A DNA stretch of 64,000 bases from Candidatus Nomurabacteria bacterium. Lineage in GTDB: Bacteria; Patescibacteriota; Minisyncoccia; Phycocordibacterales; UBA9973. The notes under the pieces were generated by a model, which was not told where the DNA came from, made no database searches, and saw nothing but the letters and a program-made list of their open reading frames with translations. The translations under genes were made by a program, and so were the position numbers. Below are positions 1 to 8,162 of the stretch, one piece after another. Each line of letters opens with the position of its first letter. Position 1 is the stretch's first letter. Location of the stretch: contig JANPIZ010000008.1 in NCBI GenBank assembly GCA_031425235.1, positions 91,377 through 155,376 on the forward strand, read 5' to 3'.

Positions 1-357
1 GTGATGCTGATTTGAAAGGCGAGAGAGAACAAGGCGGTAGCCACCAAGGCTTCCCTTAAGCCATTTTGATATGCGGGCAATTGTCGTAGAAGAAAGCCCT
101 GTGCTCTCACTGATAGCATTGTACTGCACATCTCTTGAGAGTAGGGAAGCAGCTTCGAGTCTATTTGCGAATTCTTGTATTTCACCTTCAGTCATAAGGT
201 CACGTAGAAAAGATTCAGCTTCTTGTGTATTTTTCAAAGCCAAAAAAGCTTGCACGAGTTGCTTGTTTTCAGGTTGGTTCCAGTCAATGTTTGACCCGAT
301 ACCTTGAACCATCTCTACTGTTTTAATATTCGTATTTTTATTCATTCCTTTACTCAT
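1..357 (-). CDS. TrpR-like (YerC/YecD) repressor, 3' end outside the window; absent from the ORF track
   Basis: Manual translation MSKGMNKIRNIK...EAESFLRDLMTEGEIQEFANRLEAASLLSRDVQYNAISESTGLSSTTIARISKWLKGSLGGYRLVL matches the TrpR/YerC pattern; alternative start at 345. Confidence 0.9.
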   Translation of the reverse strand, partial: MSKGMNKNTNIKTVEMVQGIGSNIDWNQPENKQLVQAFLALKNTQEAESFLRDLMTEGEIQEFANRLEAASLLSRDVQYNAISESTGLSSTTIARISKWLKGSLGGYRLVLSRLSNQHH

Positions 358-431
358 CCCAGTACTAAAATTTTAAGTTTATATTAATATCGACTCTTGT
401 CCGTAATCAAAAATTTAGTACGGGACAAGTA
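358..431 (-). repeat. Start-codon-abutting hairpin element, family A copy 1 (74 nt)
   Basis: TACTTGTCCCGTACTAAATTTTTGATTACGG-variable-TTAAAATTTTAGTACTGGG then ATG; arms recur at 10674-10746 and 21600-21673. Confidence 0.92.
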
Positions 432-436
432 CAGCT

Positions 437-473
437 ACTTTATCAAACTAAAGTACTTTAGTCAAGTAAAGTA
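437..473 (-). promoter_or_regulatory. Sigma70 promoter of the trpR-like gene with a palindromic operator
   Basis: TTGACT (465-460), 17 nt, TAAAGT (442-437); perfect 16-bp palindrome ACTAAAGTACTTTAGT (447-462); related near-palindrome at 492-509. Confidence 0.7.
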
Positions 474-538
474 TAAAAATCGCTGTGGAAAACTTTACTT
501 AGGTAAAGTAGGTAATTAAAGCTTTATTTAAATAAAAT

Positions 539-577
539 AAAAAGTCAGCATTCTTGTTTTGAATTACTGACTTTTTT
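539..577 (-). terminator. Intrinsic terminator, probably bidirectional
   Basis: AAAAAGTCAG...CTGACTTTTT inverted repeat after the stop of 588..1004. Confidence 0.7.
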
Positions 578-587
578 GATAATTTAT

Positions 588-1004
588 TTAATAACTTCGA
601 TAATTGAAGGCACTTTGTATATCTTCAGATTTTAACATAAGACTTTTATTCCAACCAAAGGGAGAAGTTTTCACTTCAAACCCTTCAAATTGTCTGCATT
701 TTTCTAAAACCTGAAATGCAATATCTTTAGCAACTGTAGGGGTTGCTTGACTAGAACTTAGATGGTCAAACGCCTCGATCACAAGTTTTTTATTTCTCGC
801 AATTTTTTTAATATCATCGCAGATATCTTTGACTTGTTTTTGACCATCTTTGCTTTCAACTTGGAAGAGCACAAGTAAGCAATCTTTCATTTCTTCTTTT
901 GCTTTACCTGTTATATCTGCTGGTTCATAAACACCCCCTACTCGATTTGAAATAGTTATCGCTTCAGATGCCCATTCCTTGACGAATATCATTAATGCTT
1001 TCAT
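588..1004 (-). CDS. Stand-alone archaeal-type ThrRS editing domain protein (DTD-like fold)
   Basis: Motifs LLVLFQVESKD, AFDHLSSSQATP and SPFGWNK resemble the archaeal ThrRS N-terminal editing domain (YPYAHLSS..A.P, APFGWYK); SD AAGGAG. Confidence 0.8.
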   Translation of the reverse strand: MKALMIFVKEWASEAITISNRVGGVYEPADITGKAKEEMKDCLLVLFQVESKDGQKQVKDICDDIKKIARNKKLVIEAFDHLSSSQATPTVAKDIAFQVLEKCRQFEGFEVKTSPFGWNKSLMLKSEDIQSAFNYRSY

Positions 1005-1042
1005 TGCTTTTTCTCCTTTGTTCTGATTTATAATATGAACAT

Positions 1043-1381
1043 TTAGTAGTAGAATCCATTAGGATAACACCGAAATTCAATAATATCCTTCTTAATGGCT
1101 TCTGACATAAGAGAGAAAGTTTTCTTATGATCCAGAGCTGAACTTCGCATGCCAAGCTGTGTGCAAAAAGAATTTAGTTCATCTTTTGTAAGCCCATTGA
1201 ATACACTTACTACAGCATCTGTAATAAATTTCAATGCTTCTTTTTCACACACAAAAACATGCTTCCATATTTTTCCAAAATTTATAAGTAATTCAGTTTC
1301 CCCTGCCTTGCAACCACACATCAATACAACTCCTGGGTTCAAAACCAAGCAACTCTTGATAAGTGAACGTGTTTCTTTCAT
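1043..1381 (-). CDS. Hypothetical protein
   Basis: ORF 1043..1408; GGAG SD before ATG 1381 (MKETRS). Confidence 0.6.
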   Translation of the reverse strand: MKETRSLIKSCLVLNPGVVLMCGCKAGETELLINFGKIWKHVFVCEKEALKFITDAVVSVFNGLTKDELNSFCTQLGMRSSALDHKKTFSLMSEAIKKDIIEFRCYPNGFYY

Positions 1382-1455
1382 TTTCTTTCTCCAATATTTA
1401 TTTGTCAATGAACCACTTTCATAAAGGGCGGTTCGAAGCCCCTTTGTTCAAAGAA

Positions 1456-1484
1456 CAAAAACTGATCTATCTAAGAGACCAGTT
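1456..1484 (-). terminator. Terminator-like hairpin after the Tyr-rich leader peptide
   Basis: AACTGGTCT/AGATCAGTT stem with a T-tract, then boxA-like TGTTCTTTGAACAA. Confidence 0.55.
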
Positions 1485-1516
1485 GGAGGAGTCGAAATTT
1501 TGAGAAGATTACTAAA

Positions 1517-1618
1517 TTATTTCGGCGCCTTGAAACAAGCCTCTTTTTGAGAGTTGTAATAGCCGTAATAATACATATTTGTTTGTATTTTATTTTTTTG
1601 AAAGGTTTGCGTATTCAT
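1517..1618 (-). CDS. Putative Tyr-rich leader peptide (33 aa)
   Basis: MNTQTFQKNKIQTNMYYYGYYNSQKEACFKAPK*; 5 Tyr in 6 codons, upstream of a terminator hairpin. Confidence 0.55.
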   Translation of the reverse strand: MNTQTFQKNKIQTNMYYYGYYNSQKEACFKAPK

Positions 1619-1649
1619 AGATTTAAATTTAAATAATAAAAGGTAAAAT

Positions 1650-1798
1650 AAAAAACCGCCTTGTGGGCGGTCTTTGCTTGAAATAGTAAATTAATTAGCA
1701 AAAAGAAGACCGCTCCACAGGGCGGATATAATAGTTTACTGAAAATTTAATTAATGTAATCATTGCATCTATCTTATCATAATATAAAATTTTGTCAA
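1650..1798 (-). promoter_or_regulatory. Promoter plus transcription attenuator with a 22-aa leader peptide (1763..1695)
   Basis: TTGACA and TGaTAAGAT; leaderless ORF MITLIKFSVNYYIRPVERSSFC*; GCGGTCTT/AAGACCGC antiterminator competes with the ACCGCCCACAAGGCGGT+T terminator. Confidence 0.72.
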
Positions 1799-1807
1799 TA
1801 GCATATA

Positions 1808-2389
1808 TTAATTAATAAATTTCTCTTCAAAAACTATTTCTTCTAAGGATTTTCGAGTGCTTGGTTTTTCGCGTTCGCGTAGCTTTTGCGGCAGGTCTTC
1901 TATTTTTCCGGGTTTGCCTATAGCTATCATCATTTCTATTTTATAGTCATCAGAAAGTTTTAATTTTTCTTTTATAACTTCAGGAAGTATTCCACCCATG
2001 CCGTGAGCTACAATGTTCATTTCGGATGCTTGCAAAGCTAAATTTTCCCAAGCGGAGCCTGCTTCAAATGAATGCGTCTTTGCCTCGGTACCATCTGGGT
2101 TTGTTTTCTTGGAAATAGTGACGACAAGCATGGAAGCATTTTTACACCAGACTCTATTGCTTTCAGTGAGAAAATTTAAAAAGTTCTCAAATTCTTTAGA
2201 CTCTCGAGTAGCGTAGATAAACCTCCAAGGTTGAAAATTCCGCGATGAAGGCGCCCAGCGTGCTGCCTCAAAGAGCGTCATAATTTCTTCTTTTGAGAGT
2301 GCTTCTCCAGACATAGCTCGAGGTGAATGCCTCTTTAAAAATATCTCATTTATTGGGTATTCTGTTGTTCGAGTGTTTATGGTTTTCAT
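1808..2389 (-). CDS. Nitroreductase family protein
   Basis: RHSPRAM, EAARWAPSSRNFQPWRF motifs. Confidence 0.93.
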   Translation of the reverse strand: MKTINTRTTEYPINEIFLKRHSPRAMSGEALSKEEIMTLFEAARWAPSSRNFQPWRFIYATRESKEFENFLNFLTESNRVWCKNASMLVVTISKKTNPDGTEAKTHSFEAGSAWENLALQASEMNIVAHGMGGILPEVIKEKLKLSDDYKIEMMIAIGKPGKIEDLPQKLREREKPSTRKSLEEIVFEEKFIN

Positions 2390-2394
2390 TTAGT

Positions 2395-4914
2395 TTAGTC
2401 TTTCAAAAACTTTTCAATAATCTTTCCATCTCTTTTTAACCATTCGACATTACCTTCGAGTCTTTCGAGAAGTTGATCTATTGCTCTTTTTGCTCCTGGA
2501 GCTTCGTGGGTCTTGAAGAATTTTTTAATTGAAGTAAGGTGTTTTTCTTCAGCGCTGCCACCTATGGCTTTTACAGCCCGGCCAAGAGTGAGTCCACCTT
2601 CACCGTACCGGATCACTAAAGTCTTCCAATTCTTCTGCAAGAAATTCCACCAGATGTCTCTTCCCTGTGGATTTGATCCGACACTTGATAGGATGCTGAC
2701 GGTGTCTTGAGTGCGGACGTGCTCGGACATTGCAAACTCACAGGCTTTTTGCAAAAGTTCCTTATCTTTGAAATCACCCAAAGCACCGCCTAGGCGATTT
2801 TTTTCTTCATGTAAAGTTTCAGTTTTGTATTTTTTTATAAATTCTTCAAATTCTTTTTTACCTCCAGCCGAAGCGACGACTCCATATACCGCTCCCCGAA
2901 TGTCTGGATTTAAATTACTTGCTCGTCCTTTGGCGTGGTTACTCTTCAATTTCTTTCGTGCCTCATCTATCACTTTCTTGTCGCCAGCTCGGCCGAGGCG
3001 AGAAATAGTGAGCGAGCGGAGAAGGGTGTCAGCATGCGATTCATTTTCCTTAGCATTCCAGCCTAGTCGTTTAAAAATAGGGGAGAAAAGTTCTAGTGTA
3101 AGATTGTCTAAATTATCATTATGCTTTAATAGTTGCTCGATACGCGCCAGCCCCATAGCTATCTCTACACATACAGTGTAATTATCTTCTTCCGTGTAAG
3201 CTCGTAAAAATTCCAAAGCATCCGTGGTTGGTATTATTCCTGCTTCTGACAATGCAAACAAGTCACGAATAATGCCGAGTCTGTCGCGAGGTGAAAGTGT
3301 TCTATTTAAAACTGGCTCGACTAATTTTTCTAAAAGTTCTTTGGAGTAAGCAGTTCTATAAAATCCAGCTTCGCCATAGTTTACCTTGTTATTTTTGTAA
3401 GTTATCGGCATTTCCCATTTAGTATTGTCTCTTGTTTTTTTTGCCGAGACTGGGCTTGATAAGAACCTACTTTGCGAGAAATTTATCTTGCCGTTTTTCA
3501 TTTCTGCTTTGATGACAGGGTAGCCTGGTTTGCTCGTCCAGTTGTGCATCATCCGAGCAACTGGTTTTTTGGACACTTTTTCAAATGCCTGCCAGAGGTG
3601 AAGTGTTTTAGTATTTTTATAGCTGTGTTTTTTAAGATAATACCGCAACCCATCACGGAAATCTTTTTCACCGAGATATTCAGCAAGCATGCGGATGACT
3701 GATGCACCTTTGGAATATGAAACTTCATCAAATATTTCTCCGATCTCGCTTGGGTGATGCACTTCGACTTCAATTGGGTGCGTTGTTGCGAGCGCATCAA
3801 GTCGTAATGCGACTCCGAGGTCATTTGTAGAAAACTGTGTCCATATATCCCATTTTGGGAACATTTTATCTACGGCAAGGTATTCTATATATGAAGCAAA
3901 CCCTTCGTTCAGCCATAAGTGCGTCCACCATTCCATGGTGACCAGATTCCCAAACCATTGATGAGCAAGCTCGTGAGCGACGACCAGTGCTACCCATTGC
4001 TTGTTTGAAGCCGAAGAATGCTCTTCATCCACGAGTAGGGCACTTTCCCGATAGGTTACTGCACCCCAGTTTTCCATAGCTCCAGAAGCAAAGTCCGGGA
4101 TAGCTATCATGTCGAGTACTGGGAGCGGATATTTTATATCAAAATAGCTTTCGTAAAATTCTAAAGTTTTCACAGCACACTCGAGAGCAAACTTAGCCTG
4201 GTGTTTTTTGCCTGGAGTGGTATATACTCGTACGCGAGTTTTATTCTTGGTTTTCTTTTCAAGATATTCAAAATCTCCAATTATAAAAGCGAGGAGATAT
4301 GTCGACATTTTTGGAGTTGGTGCAAATTTTACAATTTTAAATCCTGATTCGTGTTCCCCGCCTGCATCAGCTATGCTGAAAGCATTGCGGGCAGGTTCGA
4401 CACTTGTGGGAAGAGTATTTGATATAGCAGTTTTATCGTCTGGTACGATAAGTGAAACATTAAAAATTGCTTTATGAGCTGGCTCATCAAAACATGGGAA
4501 TGCCCGCCTTGCATCTGTGGCTTCAAATTGCGTGGTCGCCATGTTATGTTCTTTGTCTATATTGATATATTTACTTCTGTAAAAGCCGCGCATTTTGTCG
4601 TTGAGAATTCCAGTGAACACCAACGTGAGTTTTGCCCTGCCTTTTTTAATAGGTTTCGAAAAAGCGAAGGTGGCTGTTTCGTTTTTTGTATTGTACGAAA
4701 TTTTCGCAAATACTTTCTCTTTACCTATTAGCACACTTGCTGTATCTATTTCTATCTCTTTTGAATGCAGGGTGATGGTTTTTGTATCTTTTGAAAGAGA
4801 TATAGTGATAGTTTCAAGTCCTCGAAAGGTAAAGTTTTCAAGGTCCGGTCGAAGCTGAATGTCGTATTCAAGTGGGATGACCTCTTTCGAGAGGCGAATA
4901 TTTTTATTTTTCAT
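2395..4914 (-). CDS. pepN: M1 family aminopeptidase N
   Basis: GAMENWG and HELAH...WLNEG zinc motif. Confidence 0.95.
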   Translation of the reverse strand: MKNKNIRLSKEVIPLEYDIQLRPDLENFTFRGLETITISLSKDTKTITLHSKEIEIDTASVLIGKEKVFAKISYNTKNETATFAFSKPIKKGRAKLTLVFTGILNDKMRGFYRSKYINIDKEHNMATTQFEATDARRAFPCFDEPAHKAIFNVSLIVPDDKTAISNTLPTSVEPARNAFSIADAGGEHESGFKIVKFAPTPKMSTYLLAFIIGDFEYLEKKTKNKTRVRVYTTPGKKHQAKFALECAVKTLEFYESYFDIKYPLPVLDMIAIPDFASGAMENWGAVTYRESALLVDEEHSSASNKQWVALVVAHELAHQWFGNLVTMEWWTHLWLNEGFASYIEYLAVDKMFPKWDIWTQFSTNDLGVALRLDALATTHPIEVEVHHPSEIGEIFDEVSYSKGASVIRMLAEYLGEKDFRDGLRYYLKKHSYKNTKTLHLWQAFEKVSKKPVARMMHNWTSKPGYPVIKAEMKNGKINFSQSRFLSSPVSAKKTRDNTKWEMPITYKNNKVNYGEAGFYRTAYSKELLEKLVEPVLNRTLSPRDRLGIIRDLFALSEAGIIPTTDALEFLRAYTEEDNYTVCVEIAMGLARIEQLLKHNDNLDNLTLELFSPIFKRLGWNAKENESHADTLLRSLTISRLGRAGDKKVIDEARKKLKSNHAKGRASNLNPDIRGAVYGVVASAGGKKEFEEFIKKYKTETLHEEKNRLGGALGDFKDKELLQKACEFAMSEHVRTQDTVSILSSVGSNPQGRDIWWNFLQKNWKTLVIRYGEGGLTLGRAVKAIGGSAEEKHLTSIKKFFKTHEAPGAKRAIDQLLERLEGNVEWLKRDGKIIEKFLKD
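4356..4395 (-). repeat. GC-rich palindromic insert in frame in pepN (PARNAFSIADAGG)
   Basis: CCTGCCCGCAATGCTTTCAGCATAGCTGATGCAGGCGG; homologous copy in atpB at 34665-34700. Confidence 0.8.
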
Positions 4915-4936
4915 AAAGAAATGTTAACATATAAGG
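4915..4936. promoter_or_regulatory. Putative bidirectional leaderless promoter for pepN and scpA
   Basis: Palindrome ATGTTAACAT (4921-4930) reads TGtTAACAT on both strands, 6 nt before each start codon. Confidence 0.7.
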
Positions 4937-5725
4937 GTGGAAACAGAAAGTTCGAGCCAGATATATACCGTAAAAACTGAAGCGTTTGAAGGGCCATTTG
5001 GCCTTCTTTTGGATTTAGTTGAGAAGCGCAAACTTTTTATAAATGATGTATCCCTGGCCAGTGTTACTGAAGATTTCTTGAGCCATATGAATAGTCTCGG
5101 CGACAGCGGCTCTTTAAGTCCAGCCGAAATAACGAGCTTTATTCAAGTAGCTGCGACTCTCATACTCATCAAATCAAAATCTTTACTGCCAAATCTTTCT
5201 TTGACGGACGAAGAGCAGGGTGACATAAAAAACCTAGAAGAACGGCTGCGACTATATAGAATTTTCATGGGCTTGGGGGGCTCTGTGAAAAGTAGTTTTG
5301 GAAAAGAAATGATTTTTGCGCCACTTGAACGCAAGAATGAAATCCTGGTATTTTTACCCGACAGTAGAATTACCAAGGACACCATGATGGAATTTGCACG
5401 CAATGTGCTCGGCGGGATGCCAAAAAAGGTTTTCTTGCCCGAAGTCGAAGTACGCAAGGTTATCAATATTGAAGAAGTTATTGATAACTTAACACAACGA
5501 ATCCAGAGCGCAATCACAATGAGCTTTGCTGAATTTTCTGGTAAAAAATCCGGACAACACACTCGAGCAGAAAAGGTGACAGTGATCGTGAGTTTTCTTG
5601 CTATGCTGGAGATGATAAGAAATGGTATATTGAATGCTGTTCAGAATAATCACATGGAAGATATTATTATTGAGAAAATTCCAGACTCGGCACTAGTAGA
5701 AGAAGTCGCGGGTGAAATAAATTAA
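4937..5725 (+). CDS. scpA: Segregation/condensation protein A
   Basis: FEGPFGLLLDLV and FLAMLEM motifs; adjacent to scpB. Confidence 0.92.
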   Translation: METESSSQIYTVKTEAFEGPFGLLLDLVEKRKLFINDVSLASVTEDFLSHMNSLGDSGSLSPAEITSFIQVAATLILIKSKSLLPNLSLTDEEQGDIKNLEERLRLYRIFMGLGGSVKSSFGKEMIFAPLERKNEILVFLPDSRITKDTMMEFARNVLGGMPKKVFLPEVEVRKVINIEEVIDNLTQRIQSAITMSFAEFSGKKSGQHTRAEKVTVIVSFLAMLEMIRNGILNAVQNNHMEDIIIEKIPDSALVEEVAGEIN

Positions 5726-5734
5726 ACAAAACAC

Positions 5735-6325
5735 ATGGATGAATTAGAAACAAAAATTGAATCAGTGTTATTTTGGAAAGGTGAGCCCATGTCACGAAAA
5801 AAGCTCGCGACTATTTTGAAAGTTTCTGAAAATGAAATAAACGATGCAGTAGAGAAACTTAAAAACAATTTGGCACACAGAGGCATCGTGTTACAAGAAA
5901 AAGAGAATGAAATAAATCTCGGTACAGCGCCCCAAATATCAAATTTAATTGAGGAACTTCGTAAAGAGGAGTTGAACAAGGAGCTTTCAAAGGCAACACT
6001 AGAAACATTATCAATCGTCCTTTACAAAAATGGAGCTACACGTGCTGAGATAGATTATATCCGTGGAGTAAATTCGAGCTTCACATTGCGTGCGCTTTCA
6101 GTGCGAGGATTAGTAGAGAAAACAGTAAGTGAGACAGATAACCGACGCTATATATACAAACCAACATTTGAACTCCTTTCATTTATGGGTGTGGCGAAGA
6201 TAGAGGACTTACCAGACTACGAACAAGTAAATAACTCAATACATAATGCTGTAAAAGAAGAGGATGTGGTCGCCGAAGAGTTGCCGATTCAAAACTTAGA
6301 AGATGAAACCACCTTCGAAAATTAA
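5735..6325 (+). CDS. scpB: Segregation/condensation protein B
   Basis: LSKATLETLSIV, TRAEIDYIRGVNS. Confidence 0.94.
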   Translation: MDELETKIESVLFWKGEPMSRKKLATILKVSENEINDAVEKLKNNLAHRGIVLQEKENEINLGTAPQISNLIEELRKEELNKELSKATLETLSIVLYKNGATRAEIDYIRGVNSSFTLRALSVRGLVEKTVSETDNRRYIYKPTFELLSFMGVAKIEDLPDYEQVNNSIHNAVKEEDVVAEELPIQNLEDETTFEN

Positions 6326-6328
6326 CTG

Positions 6329-6365
6329 ACTTTATTCAACTAAAGTACTTTAGTCAAGTAAAGTA
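6329..6365. promoter_or_regulatory. Second copy of the trpR-like promoter/operator (35/37 identical to 437-473)
   Basis: ACTTTATTCAACTAAAGTACTTTAGTCAAGTAAAGTA ending 4 nt before ATG 6370. Confidence 0.75.
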
Positions 6366-6369
6366 AAAA

Positions 6370-8076
6370 ATGAAACAAGAAAGTGAAACAAAATCGTGCC
6401 AGAATTGCAAACAAGACTTTACTATCGAGCCGGACGATTTTGGATTTTATGAAAAAATAAAAGTACCTCTGCCAACTTTTTGCTCAGAATGCCGCAGGCA
6501 AAGAAGGCTTGCATGGAAGAATACATACAACTTATACAACAATTCTTGTAGTCTTTGTGGTAAAAACATTATTTCAATATATTCCCCTGATTCCTCTTTA
6601 ATTATTTACTGTGTTAGCTGTTTTTGGAGTGATAAATGGGATGCATATCAATACGGGCAAGATTTTGACCCTAATAGGTCTTTTTTTGAACAGTATATAG
6701 ATCTTAATAAAAAGGTACCAAAAATAGCTTTAATGAATGATGATGGTATTGCAAGTGTAAATAGTGCTTATTGTCACGATGTTGCTTTTTCGAAAAATTG
6801 CTACATGGTATTTATTTCCTGGAAACTTGAAAATGTGATGTATTCAGGAATGTTAAACAAGGGTCGCGAAATATGCGATTGCCTTTGCATGCAAGATTTT
6901 TGTGAGTATATGTACGAGTCAATGTTTGTAGATGAATGTTATAAATGCAGATATGTGACGTATGGTAGCATGCTACAAAATTGCGATTTTTGTTATGATT
7001 GTCGTGAGTGCAGTGATTGCTTTATGAGCTTTGGCTTGCGTAATAAAAAATATTTTTATAAGAACAAACAGTATTCCAAAGAAGAATACGAAAAAATTCT
7101 TAAATCTTATCAATTGCATACACGAACGGGTTGGGAAAGAGCCAAAAATGAATATAAAGAATTTATAATAACTTATCCTCGTCGTTTTGCTATGATAAGG
7201 AATTCAGTTAACTGTACGGGAGATGACCTTATAAGATGTAAAAACACGAGAGATTCCTTTTTTGCTCCCTTTAGTGAAGACTCTCGCTTTGTTGCAGGAG
7301 GGGTTAATTTTAAGAATTGTTATGATTTGTCTGGTGGAGGGGAAGTAGAGTATAGTTATGAATCTATCACGCCCGATCAATCATATAATAATTTTTTTAG
7401 TATCTATTCTTGGAAAAATAAAGAAATAGCTTATTGTGATAATTGTCATTCGTCTAATAACCTTTTTGGTTGTGCAAGCTTGAAAAAAGGTGAATACTCA
7501 ATATTAAATAAGAAATATTCAAAAGAAGATTATTTTAAATTAAAAGAAAAAATAATAATAAAAATGAAACATGATGGGGAATGGGGAGAATTTTTTCCAG
7601 TTCGATATTCATATTTTGGATATAATGAAACTGAAGCTTTTGATATGAATATTTTATCAAAACATGAAGCTGAAAATTTAAACTATAAATGGCGAGATAA
7701 TTTACAAAGAACTATTGGACAAGAAACTATCTCTCAAAAGGAAATACCAGATTCTATTTTTGATACAACTGAGTATATTTTATATGAAATTTTAAAATGT
7801 GAATCTTGCTCTCGAAATTATAAAGTTACGAACGACGAGCTGGTGTTTTACAAAAGAATGAATGTACCTATTCCAAAAATTTGCTTTTTCTGTAGAAATA
7901 AAAATCGCTTAAATACTAGAAATCCGTTTAAGCTTTGGCATCGCTCATGTATGTGTACTGTCAAGAATCACTTTCATGGAGAAAATAATTGTAAAATAGA
8001 ATTTGAAACTTCCTATGCCCCTGATCGGCCGGAGATGGTATATTGTGAAAAATGTTATCAAGCTGAAGTTTACTAG
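6370..8076 (+). CDS. Cys-rich zinc-ribbon/repeat hypothetical protein, paralog 1
   Basis: CQNC, CSECR, many Cys-rich repeats, C-terminal YCEKCYQAEVY; paralog at 47848. Confidence 0.85.
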   Translation: MKQESETKSCQNCKQDFTIEPDDFGFYEKIKVPLPTFCSECRRQRRLAWKNTYNLYNNSCSLCGKNIISIYSPDSSLIIYCVSCFWSDKWDAYQYGQDFDPNRSFFEQYIDLNKKVPKIALMNDDGIASVNSAYCHDVAFSKNCYMVFISWKLENVMYSGMLNKGREICDCLCMQDFCEYMYESMFVDECYKCRYVTYGSMLQNCDFCYDCRECSDCFMSFGLRNKKYFYKNKQYSKEEYEKILKSYQLHTRTGWERAKNEYKEFIITYPRRFAMIRNSVNCTGDDLIRCKNTRDSFFAPFSEDSRFVAGGVNFKNCYDLSGGGEVEYSYESITPDQSYNNFFSIYSWKNKEIAYCDNCHSSNNLFGCASLKKGEYSILNKKYSKEDYFKLKEKIIIKMKHDGEWGEFFPVRYSYFGYNETEAFDMNILSKHEAENLNYKWRDNLQRTIGQETISQKEIPDSIFDTTEYILYEILKCESCSRNYKVTNDELVFYKRMNVPIPKICFFCRNKNRLNTRNPFKLWHRSCMCTVKNHFHGENNCKIEFETSYAPDRPEMVYCEKCYQAEVY

Positions 8077-8162
8077 GCCTCCGGCTAGTTTATTAACTCT
8101 GCCCTTACTAGCCGGGGTAAGCTATTTTAAAAAAATACACTAAAATGCTATACTTTTAGAGC

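Noticed and set aside
71-307. Plus-strand 78-aa ORF and the many other short antisense ORFs in the track
   Set aside because: They are shadows of well-supported genes on the opposite strand, here the trpR-like gene
358-431. Family A conserved arms with a variable middle as a CRISPR repeat-spacer unit
   Set aside because: Copies are dispersed single units, the middles are partly similar to each other, and no cas genes are present
2786-2796. CCGCCTAGGCG in pepN as another palindromic insert
   Set aside because: It lies in an apparently normal helical segment (EEKNRLGGALG) with no sign of an indel; probably chance
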